40,096 nt of DNA, taken from a virus. The translations under genes were made by a program, and so were the position numbers. Location: the IMG/VR virus record IMGVR_UViG_3300009962_000005. One strand, given 5' to 3'. This document shows positions 7,333-13,609 of this stretch, piece by piece. A model generated the notes under the pieces. The model made no database searches, had not been told where the DNA came from, and was given only the letters and a program-made list of their open reading frames with translations. Each line of letters opens with the position of its first letter. Position 1 is the stretch's first letter.

Positions 7333-7835
7333 TAGAACGGTGGTTCGCCCTCTGTTGATGCGCCCCAGTCGTAATTACCCCCGGCCTGCTGCCCCCACGG
7401 GTCGCCGCCCGGGTTCTCGGGTAGCTTCTGGTTCACCGGCCCCTGCTGCTGTTGCTGCTGGTACCCGCCCTGCGGGGCCTGCGGGGCGTTGTTCTTCGGC
7501 GCGTAGGGGATTACCCCTAGCAGCCGGGCCGTGACCTCTAGGGAGTAGCCGCGCCCCCCGTCCCGGGTCGTATACTCACGGTTCTGCTCCGGCCCCGCGA
7601 CGATCACGGGGGTGCCTTTCTTGAGTACGCCGCTCAGGTGTTGCGGGTCTAGCCCGTTGCGCGCCCACACGGTGACTTTGCGCCAGGTGGTGCCCACGGG
7701 TTCCCATTGCCCGGTTTGCTGGTTTTTCCGGTTGTGGTTCTCAGCTAGTGAGAAATTCAGTACGGGGTCGCCGCCGCCGGTGAACCGCAGTTCGGGTTCG
7801 CTTCCGATATTCCCATGAATGGTTACATCTGCCAT
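7332..7835 (-). CDS. ssb: Single-stranded DNA-binding protein
   Basis: OB-fold N-terminus (MADVTIHGNIGSEPELRFTGGGDPVLNFSLA...), a Gly/Gln/Pro-rich linker, and an acidic tip ending EGEPPF. Confidence 0.9.
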   Translation of the reverse strand: MADVTIHGNIGSEPELRFTGGGDPVLNFSLAENHNRKNQQTGQWEPVGTTWRKVTVWARNGLDPQHLSGVLKKGTPVIVAGPEQNREYTTRDGGRGYSLEVTARLLGVIPYAPKNNAPQAPQGGYQQQQQQGPVNQKLPENPGGDPWGQQAGGNYDWGASTEGEPPF

Positions 7836-7852
7836 TCTGTTTTTTCCTTTCA

Positions 7853-7884
7853 GAAATGCGCGGCACGGGTGTGATGCGCATTTC
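7853..7884. terminator. 9-bp stem hairpin (gaaatgcgc/gcgcatttc), T-rich on the plus side (ttttgcgtgttttatttg)
   Basis: Read directly; intergenic between dut and ssb. Confidence 0.4.
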
Positions 7885-7895
7885 TTTTGCGTGTT

Positions 7896-8330
7896 TTATT
7901 TGCCTGTTGATCCGAATCCGTTTGCGCCGCGCGCCGTATCGGTGTCGAATTTTTCGCGGGGCACGGCCTGTAATTCCAGGGGCGCTAGCTCTAGCGGCAC
8001 TAGCTGCGCGATCCGGTCACCCTCATGCGCCACATACGGTGTTTTGCTGCGGTTTTCTAGGATTACGCCGATTTCGCCGGTGAATCCCGCATCTACTACC
8101 CCGGGTGCGTTTGCTACGGCGATGCCTTTTAGGGCGAGGCCGGAGCGGGAGTGCACCATGCCTACCGTCCCGGCGGGGAATTTCACGGCTACACCGGTGC
8201 CGATCAGGGTACGCTCGCCGGGCTGGATTGTCTGTGTGGTGCGTGCGCGCAAATCGTAACCGGCGTCGTCGGGGTGAGCTTTCGTGAGCGGCTTTGCGTT
8301 GGGCGCTACTAGCGTGTAGTTGATTTTCAT
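7896..8330 (-). CDS. dut: dUTP diphosphatase (dUTPase)
   Basis: From ATG 8330 (MKINYTLV...) the protein carries the motifs AGYDLRA, SRSGLALKG, GVVDAGFTGEI, RIAQLV and RGANGFGSTG. The 224-aa track ORF N-terminus (Arg/His-rich) is rejected. Confidence 0.93.
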   Translation of the reverse strand: MKINYTLVAPNAKPLTKAHPDDAGYDLRARTTQTIQPGERTLIGTGVAVKFPAGTVGMVHSRSGLALKGIAVANAPGVVDAGFTGEIGVILENRSKTPYVAHEGDRIAQLVPLELAPLELQAVPREKFDTDTARGANGFGSTGK

Positions 8331-8341
8331 GTAGGTTTCTC

Positions 8342-8533
8342 CTAGTCGGCTGAGGTGATGGGGAGGAATAGTACGGCGGCGGCGAGGGTGAAGGCGAGTA
8401 GCCCGGTGTCGCTTGCGCGGAGGGCTAGGGCGCCGAATGATGCGGTGGCTGCCGCCCAGATGATGGCTACCGCGACGGCGGCTATGGCCCATCCTATGGC
8501 GATTGTGCGTAGAGCTTTGAGTGATTTTTTCAT
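8342..8533 (-). CDS. Small membrane protein (two predicted TM helices)
   Basis: MKKSLKALRTIAIGWAIAAVAVAIIWAAA...LLAFTLAAAVLFLPI. AAGGAGA lies upstream and promoter-module copy e is just upstream. Confidence 0.6.
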   Translation of the reverse strand: MKKSLKALRTIAIGWAIAAVAVAIIWAAATASFGALALRASDTGLLAFTLAAAVLFLPITSAD

Positions 8534-8575
8534 TGTGTTCTCCTTGGTTTTTGGTGGGTTGCCCCGCCAATAAAA

Positions 8576-8605
8576 ACTATACAGGGTGTATAGCTAATTG
8601 TTCGA
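8576..8605 (-). promoter_or_regulatory. Promoter/operator module copy e: (TCGAAC)-TATAGT with CTATACaccctGTATAG
   Basis: The reverse complement reads tcgaacaattagctatacaccctgtatagt. The palindrome is identical to copy c; the -35 is weaker. Confidence 0.6.
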
Positions 8606-8626
8606 GCCAGGCGGCAGTGATATGCG

Positions 8627-9103
8627 CTACTCGGGCATAGCCCCCAACGTCGAAGCGATAGACGCCACGCGGCCACCAGCGGCCCGCACAGCCGATTTCT
8701 CAACCGGCGCGGGTAATTGGGCCTCCAACGGCTCAAAACCCCGCGACGCGGCCACAGGCGCCGGTACACGGGCAATAGCGCGGTTATGCGCCCCCGCAAT
8801 ACGGCCCGCAAGCTCAAGATCACCCGAAGCGACAGCCGCCGCATGAGTCCGCCGCATACGCGGCACACTACGCAACGCCCTATCCACCTCCGCGTACATG
8901 CCCTCCCACGTCTCCGTAATCAGCCGAAGACTCAGAAAATCGCTGCTTTTCGCGCACCGGGTGATAATCTCCCCCGCATAATCGGCGGGAACATCAGCTA
9001 GCACCATTGCCCACGCGGCCGCCATCTCGTCCGTCGGCGTCTTGAGCGTCGGGAAAAGCTGCGCCGCGACCTCTAGCATCTTCCGTGTCTCGTCCGCGTT
9101 CAT
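8627..9103 (-). CDS. Hypothetical replication-module protein
   Basis: Start taken at ATG 9103 (MNADETRKMLEV...), which overlaps the upstream stop as ATGA. The longer track ORF N-terminus overlaps the initiator gene. Confidence 0.55.
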   Translation of the reverse strand: MNADETRKMLEVAAQLFPTLKTPTDEMAAAWAMVLADVPADYAGEIITRCAKSSDFLSLRLITETWEGMYAEVDRALRSVPRMRRTHAAAVASGDLELAGRIAGAHNRAIARVPAPVAASRGFEPLEAQLPAPVEKSAVRAAGGRVASIASTLGAMPE

Positions 9104-10023
9104 CGGGCACCCCCGGGGGGTAGCGCCGCACCAGCTGGCGGCATGAACGGGTCGGGTGCCGCGCCGAAGCCGGGCGTTGAGGTCATGGCCTTTAGCGCCT
9201 GCATCATCTCGGATGCCTGCGGTTGCGGGTCTGGTTCGTCTTCCCACGCCCCGGCGTTTAGCCATGTCGCGGGGTACTTCGTGTAGCGGGCGTCCTGGTT
9301 TTTCCGCTCTGCGGCGTAGCGCTCCGCACCGGTGATGATGTCGGCGGGGTTGGCCCCGTTTTTGATCGCGGCCCGCCAGGCGCGTTCTGCGGCCCGTTTA
9401 TCCCTGCGTTTGGGGAACAGTGCCCAGAACGCTTGAAAATCGCTCTGCGGGGCCGTAGCGGGCTTCTCGTGCCGCTTTTCGGGTGTCACCGCCGGTTGCA
9501 GTTCGTTGAGGGGTAGCTCCACGTCCTCGAAATGAGGTTTTTCCGGCGGGTCATTCTCAGCCGCGCTAGCGGCGGCCTCCGCTGTGGCGGCCGTCACCGC
9601 AACGTCGGCGTGGGGGGTAGGGGGGAGAGATTCAGGTGGTAGGTTAAGTTGGTTGGTTAACTTTGTGTGCAAATTTTGCACCCCTAGGGGTGCAGATTTT
9701 GCACCCTCCCCCTGCAGATTTTGCACCCCTAGGGGTGCAGATTTTGCACCCCCACTATCTAGCGTAAGAACATACCTTGATGTAGTTTGTTTACCTTTCT
9801 CGTTGAATCGGCTAATAACCTGTATGTATCCCTTGTCTTGTAGCGATTCAATCGCGTAGGCTACCGTCCGCCGCGAACACCCCATGTTCTTAGCCAGCGT
9901 GCTAAGCGACGGGAAACAAGAACCGGCTTCATCTGCGTATGAGGCGAGCATGAAAAGCGTAAATTTATCTTTCATTGAAAGACCATCAAGCTTTTGCACC
10001 TCAGCAATATGTAAAAAAGACAT
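9100..10023 (-). CDS. Replication initiator / replisome organizer (winged-HTH N-terminus, internal iterons)
   Basis: The N-terminus (MSFLHIAEVQKLDGLSMKDKFTLFMLASYADEAGSCFPSLSTLAKNMGCSRRTVAYAIESLQDKGYI) is HTH-like. The C-terminus (FWALFPKRRDKRAAERAWRAAI...YPATWLNAGAWEDE) is typical of phage replication proteins. Iterons lie inside the gene. Confidence 0.7.
   Translation of the reverse strand: MSFLHIAEVQKLDGLSMKDKFTLFMLASYADEAGSCFPSLSTLAKNMGCSRRTVAYAIESLQDKGYIQVISRFNEKGKQTTSRYVLTLDSGGAKSAPLGVQNLQGEGAKSAPLGVQNLHTKLTNQLNLPPESLPPTPHADVAVTAATAEAAASAAENDPPEKPHFEDVELPLNELQPAVTPEKRHEKPATAPQSDFQAFWALFPKRRDKRAAERAWRAAIKNGANPADIITGAERYAAERKNQDARYTKYPATWLNAGAWEDEPDPQPQASEMMQALKAMTSTPGFGAAPDPFMPPAGAALPPGGAR
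9668..9752. repeat. Four iterons TGCA(A/G)ATTTTGCACCC at 22-23 bp spacing (candidate ori)
   Basis: Copies start at 9668, 9691, 9713 and 9735. Flanking GGGG/CCCC make overlapping inverted repeats (ggggtgcagattttgcacccc). They encode the duplicated peptide GAKSAPLGVQNL. Confidence 0.75.
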
Positions 10024-10057
10024 TTTAAATCCATCTTTTAAAGCGTGAAACACAATA

Positions 10058-10095
10058 CTTTCGGGGTGTGCCCGCATTCACAAACACACCCCGAA
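10058..10095. terminator. 12-bp stem hairpin (tttcggggtgtg/cacaccccgaaa) between recT and the initiator gene
   Basis: Read directly. The minus-strand downstream sequence is moderately T-rich (agtattgtgttt). Confidence 0.45.
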
Positions 10096-10113
10096 AATGC
10101 GATTACCGGCGCA

Positions 10114-10947
10114 TCATCCAACAAGCTCACCCGTGGAAACATCCACCCGATCACCACGGGCAGCCTCCAACTCAGCAAGCCGCAGCTTCAACTCCATAGC
10201 CCGGTTCTCAGCCTCAAGCCTCCGCGTCTCCGCGTCCATCACCTCAACCGCAGCCTGCCGCCGCTCAGCAATCGCCGTAAGCTTCTCCGGGCGGCACTCC
10301 TCAACCGAAGTATCAACCCACGTAGCCAGCTCACGAAGCGCTGTCTTGCGCCACATTGCCTCGGGATGCTTCTCCCACACCGGAGAGGGCCTATCCGTAT
10401 TCGGGTTGCCCGAGGCCCGCATAGCCGCCTGGATACGGTCTTTACCCGCCCTAGCAACATTCGAGATACGGCCATTCTTGAGACGCGCATAGGCCACAGC
10501 AAAAAGCCGCTCACCCCGCTGATCGTCCGGCGCGGGCTGGAATTTCGGCTCTTCATCCACCCCGTAGGTAAACGCCCACTTGTCATTAGCGTGCACCACG
10601 TAGCACACAATGTCATCCACACGGCCCGCACGGTAAATCAGCTCAATCAGCCCCTTATACCCCGTCACCGCGTTAATCTGCTTGCCATAGGGCACTAGAT
10701 AGAACTCGTCCGTGCCCGGTGCCAGGCCCAGGCTAGCCGCCTTCTGAATCGCCGAAATGAACGCCTCACCGTTGTTCATCGCCGCCTGCATCAGCTTAGG
10801 ATCAGCCTTCACCGTCGCCAGGACACCGCGCATCCAGTCATCCCCCATATCCCGCATATGCGAGGGGAGGCTAGAAACTAGAAGCGGCTTCTGCGGCCGC
10901 ACTAGCGACTGATCGAACTGCCGCAGCAACTCAAGATTCTTACTCAT
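10114..10947 (-). CDS. recT: RecT-family single-strand annealing protein
   Basis: ..FISAIQKAASLGLAPGTDEFYLVPYGKQINAVTGYKGLIELIYRAG.. is a typical RecT core. It is adjacent to the YqaJ exonuclease. Confidence 0.85.
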   Translation of the reverse strand: MSKNLELLRQFDQSLVRPQKPLLVSSLPSHMRDMGDDWMRGVLATVKADPKLMQAAMNNGEAFISAIQKAASLGLAPGTDEFYLVPYGKQINAVTGYKGLIELIYRAGRVDDIVCYVVHANDKWAFTYGVDEEPKFQPAPDDQRGERLFAVAYARLKNGRISNVARAGKDRIQAAMRASGNPNTDRPSPVWEKHPEAMWRKTALRELATWVDTSVEECRPEKLTAIAERRQAAVEVMDAETRRLEAENRAMELKLRLAELEAARGDRVDVSTGELVG

Positions 10948-10967
10948 GTTGTTGTTCCCCTTTACTT

Positions 10968-11876
10968 TTAGTGTGTTTTCTTAGGCTTCGTGAAAGAAAC
11001 ATAGGGGCGGCCCTGCCCGCGCGCCATGCGCTTAGCAACGACCGACCCGCAGAACGTGCCCGTGCGCGCCATCTCCATATCGCCCGCTACGAGGGTCTTA
11101 GCCCGCGCCTCGGCGAGCTTCGCCAGGGCCGATAGGCGGACATGCCGTGCCGCTGCATTAGCGGCCGCCGGTGAAAGCTCCACCGATTCGTCTTCAATCT
11201 CCGGGTGAATCGCCCGCATCGTCTCGTACACATCAAAATCACCGGCTTCTAGGCGGAAGTCCGGCACCTCTTCGGCGTGCAGGGAATCCATGAAATCGGT
11301 GCCTGCCGCAACCAGCTCACCAATGCGCGCATCATCACGCGGCACGACGTATTCGCGGAACTCAAGGGTAGCGAGCAGCACGGCCACATAGGCTTTTTGC
11401 ACGCCCGTGCACGCCAGCTGAAACTGAACCTGATCGTAGTACCCGGCCGGTATCTCAGCCGTGCCCGCCGCGCCCCAGCCGTCAGACCGGGCCGCCGTCT
11501 TAATCTCCAACAGCCCAATGACGTTAGCGCCGGAGCCGGGGCCGTCCGCTATGATCCTGTCCGGTGTCGCCGCGAAAAAGCTGTGCGCCTCCCACCAGCG
11601 GCCCCCGCACTCACGAACCACCCACTCGGGGTGTTGCGCCTGGAACCAGGCCGCGACCGCAGGCTCTAGAATATGCCCGCGCTCCAAAACCGCCGGGTTA
11701 ATAGGCTCCGGCGTGAAAGTCCCCGCCATCTCATGCCACAGTGTGAACCGTGACGACCAGGGGGATGTGCCCATGACCGCCGGTATCTTAGACGCCGTGA
11801 GAAGCGTCCGCCACTCTGCTGTTCCTGGCTGCGGGGCGTTGCGCCGCCCCCTCCGCATCAATGTTGAGCATTTCAT
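10968..11876 (-). CDS. YqaJ-like (lambda-exo type, PD-(D/E)XK) recombination exonuclease
   Basis: TAEWRTLLTASKIPAVMGTSPWSSRFTLWHEM..., GLLEIKT (ExK), YYDQVQFQLACTG. Confidence 0.8.
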   Translation of the reverse strand: MKCSTLMRRGRRNAPQPGTAEWRTLLTASKIPAVMGTSPWSSRFTLWHEMAGTFTPEPINPAVLERGHILEPAVAAWFQAQHPEWVVRECGGRWWEAHSFFAATPDRIIADGPGSGANVIGLLEIKTAARSDGWGAAGTAEIPAGYYDQVQFQLACTGVQKAYVAVLLATLEFREYVVPRDDARIGELVAAGTDFMDSLHAEEVPDFRLEAGDFDVYETMRAIHPEIEDESVELSPAAANAAARHVRLSALAKLAEARAKTLVAGDMEMARTGTFCGSVVAKRMARGQGRPYVSFTKPKKTH

Positions 11877-12052
11877 TACTTATTGCCTCCCATGCGTCCG
11901 ATAATCAGTGCGATAGCCACGGCACCGACCGCTAAGCCCATACCGGCCCCGTTCCCCGCTTCCAGGCCGCCCGCGATACCCGCGTAGAGGCCCACCGCGC
12001 ATGCGCCGGTAAACACGGCAGCCGCGGCTAAAAAAATCATGTCCTTACTCAT
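11876..12052 (-). CDS. Small hydrophobic protein (58 aa; not in the ORF track)
   Basis: My translation reads MSKDMIFLAAAAVFTGACAVGLYAGIAGGLEAGNGAGMGLAVGAVAIALIIGRMGGNK. Its stop overlaps the exonuclease start as TAATG. Confidence 0.5.
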   Translation of the reverse strand: MSKDMIFLAAAAVFTGACAVGLYAGIAGGLEAGNGAGMGLAVGAVAIALIIGRMGGNK

Positions 12053-12076
12053 GTTGCTGTTCCCCTTATATGTGGT

Positions 12077-12205
12077 TTAGAAGGTAAATTCGTCGTCGCG
12101 CGCCTCGTCACAGCGGGCGCACCAGTCTATTTCGGCGCATTCGCCATAGCATTCAGTGCGTAGGCACCGGCCGCACCAGTGCGGTTGCAGGTTCGGTTCA
12201 CGCAT
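12077..12205 (-). CDS. Small Cys-rich protein (42 aa from ATG 12205)
   Basis: MREPNLQPHWCGRCLRTECYGECAEIDWCARCDEARDDEFTF. Its ATG overlaps the upstream stop by 8 nt (ATGCGTGA). Confidence 0.45.
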   Translation of the reverse strand: MREPNLQPHWCGRCLRTECYGECAEIDWCARCDEARDDEFTF

Positions 12206-12440
12206 ACTTGGCCACCAAACCGTAATTCTTTTCCATGTACCGGCGTATCTCCGCGCCCTCATAGAAGACCGAGCAGCCGCGAACGATGCCGCCTATCTCG
12301 GTGCCGCCTACCCGCACGAAATCAAGGTTTTTGCGGGCCGCCCGCCAATTGGCTAAAGTGCGGGGAGAAACACATAAAAATTCGGCTGTTTCCTTTGGTG
12401 TGTAGAGTCCTTCTAACTCAATGTTTGTTAAACTATTCAT
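12198..12440 (-). CDS. Excisionase-family / MerR-type HTH DNA-binding protein (candidate Xis or early regulator)
   Basis: LYTPKETAEFLCVSPRTLANWRAARKNLDFVRVGG...YEGAEIRRYMEKN resembles HTH_17/excisionase proteins. It is the first gene of the early operon after the non-coding gap. Confidence 0.65.
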   Translation of the reverse strand: MNSLTNIELEGLYTPKETAEFLCVSPRTLANWRAARKNLDFVRVGGTEIGGIVRGCSVFYEGAEIRRYMEKNYGLVAKYA

Positions 12441-12476
12441 AGTTACTCCATTAGATTTGAATAACTAGGCTCAAAC

Positions 12477-12508
12477 GTCGCCGCCCGGCTTTCCTACCGG
12501 GCGGCGAC
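12477..12508. terminator. 12-bp stem hairpin (gtcgccgcccgg/ccgggcggcgac), followed by ACTTTTAT on the plus strand
   Basis: Read directly. A second 7-bp hairpin (cacaacc/ggttgtg) lies at about 12525-12543. Confidence 0.5.
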
Positions 12509-12545
12509 ACTTTTATGCCCATGCACAACCGGGTTGGTTGTGTCG

Positions 12546-12570
12546 TGCCCGCCGGTGGAATCGAACCACC
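12546..12570 (-). other. tRNA 3'-end-like fragment (T-arm, acceptor 3' strand, discriminator A); candidate attP core or tRNA remnant
   Basis: The minus strand reads GGTGG-TTCGATT-CCACC-GGCGGGC-A, a canonical T-stem/T-loop (G53 T54 T55 C56 R57 A58 C61). A partner GCCCGCT at 12630-12636 could pair as an acceptor stem, but no D-arm or anticodon arm folds. Confidence 0.5.
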
Positions 12571-12793
12571 GTTGCCGCATACATATGCCCCTAGCGCGCG
12601 GCCGCAACCATGTGCGGGCTAATCAGTGAAGCGGGCGGGATTATCGAACTCAACGGATACTAGGGGGATGGGTTTTCACACGCCCCGCGTCACTCTCTAT
12701 ACGGTTATCAATCAGCTAGCCCTAACCAGAATTTCCCCTCTGTCACTGGGTGCCCCCTGGCGGCTCTAAAGTCTTTGTTGCTTCTGCAGCTGT

Positions 12794-13111
12794 CTATGCT
12801 GCTTTCGTCTTCTCTCGGGTGGTTACCATGTCGCTAAGCTCTAGCCCGGTTGCCCGGTGCAGTCTCGCTAGGTGCCCGATGCTCGGGCCTCGCCCTACAC
12901 CGTTGCGCCAGTTCGCTAGCGTGTTCACTGATACGCCGAGGAAGTTTGCCAAGTCTGAATTGGTGTCTATTCCCAGGTTTGCTTTAGCCATCCTGAGAAC
13001 ATCGGGGTTCAGAATCTCAATCACTGTTGTTACCTCTGATTCACTTTCGTTCTCCCGTTGCCGGGTGGCTGTGTAACCAGCATACACCAAAATTTTTGTA
13101 GAAAATGCCAA
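12794..13111 (-). CDS. XRE-family HTH protein, Cro-like (start uncertain: ATG 13111, GTG 13024 or ATG 12991)
   Basis: ..DVLRMAKANLGIDTNSDLANFLGVSVNTLANWRNGVGRGPSIGHLARLHRATGLEL.. It is divergent from the repressor-int operon and heads the early minus-strand operon. Confidence 0.7.
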   Translation of the reverse strand: MAFSTKILVYAGYTATRQRENESESEVTTVIEILNPDVLRMAKANLGIDTNSDLANFLGVSVNTLANWRNGVGRGPSIGHLARLHRATGLELSDMVTTREKTKAA

Positions 13112-13226
13112 TTTTTTAGCGATTATTCACAAAATTTTGTGAATTTCGCATGTTTGCGGGGTAAAAACGGCCAAAAAATTTTTCACAACCAGTAAAAACT
13201 TAAACAGAAGGTGTAAAGTTAATTGC
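13081..13226. promoter_or_regulatory. Divergent genetic-switch region with a perfect 20-bp palindrome ATTCACAAAATTTTGTGAAT (13125-13144) and related sites
   Basis: AT-rich intergenic region. Related imperfect site caccaaaatttttgtag (13086-13102) and half-site TTCACAA (13182-13188). TAAAGT (13214-13219) lies 7 nt before ATG 13227. Confidence 0.7.
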
Positions 13227-13577
13227 ATGAGCCTAGGAAACTACATAAAACAAAAACTTGGACTGTCCGTAACCGCCCTATCCAGGGAAACAGGGCTAGA
13301 GTACAACTCCCTCTACCGGCGCATGCGCGGCGATCAGCCCTTCACCATCGACGACATGGTGGCGATCCACCGCGCAACCGACCTTGACCTGCTCGAAATG
13401 CTCAAGGCCAACGGGTCAATCACCCCCGCCGAGGTAGCGGAACTACGGGCCACACCCGCGCCCGACCTAACCCACGCAACAGACAGTGCGCTAGGGGCCG
13501 AAGTCTTCCGCCGCCTCACCGAAAAACGCGAGGTAGACCCGTGGGAAACACTCACCGCCGCCTACGCGGCCGTATAG
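13227..13577 (+). CDS. HTH protein, candidate immunity (CI-like) repressor, co-oriented with int
   Basis: MSLGNYIKQKLGLSVTALSRETGLEYNSLYRRMRGDQPFTIDDMVAIHRATDLDL.. (HTH). It lies immediately upstream of the integrase and divergent from the cro-like gene. Confidence 0.6.
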   Translation: MSLGNYIKQKLGLSVTALSRETGLEYNSLYRRMRGDQPFTIDDMVAIHRATDLDLLEMLKANGSITPAEVAELRATPAPDLTHATDSALGAEVFRRLTEKREVDPWETLTAAYAAV

Positions 13578-13609
13578 AGGAACAAGAAAATAGCGAGGAG
13601 TAACAACAT

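Noticed and set aside
7896-8570. 224-aa track ORF extending the dUTPase N-terminally, and overlapping ORFs 8530-8868, 8355-8573 and 8105-8287.
   Set aside because: The extension is Arg/His/Pro-rich, overlaps the membrane-protein gene and crosses the promoter module. The dUTPase motifs all lie after ATG 8330.
9668-9752. Short regularly spaced repeats considered as a mini CRISPR array.
   Set aside because: There are only four 16-17 bp repeats separated by 5-6 bp, inside a coding gene, and no cas genes are present. This fits replication-origin iterons.
12546-12636. Possible complete phage-encoded tRNA (about 90 nt, with acceptor pairing GCCCGCT/GGCGGGC).
   Set aside because: Only the T-arm and acceptor are canonical. 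I could not fold a D-arm or an anticodon stem-loop in any register, so I report it only as a tRNA 3'-end-like fragment.
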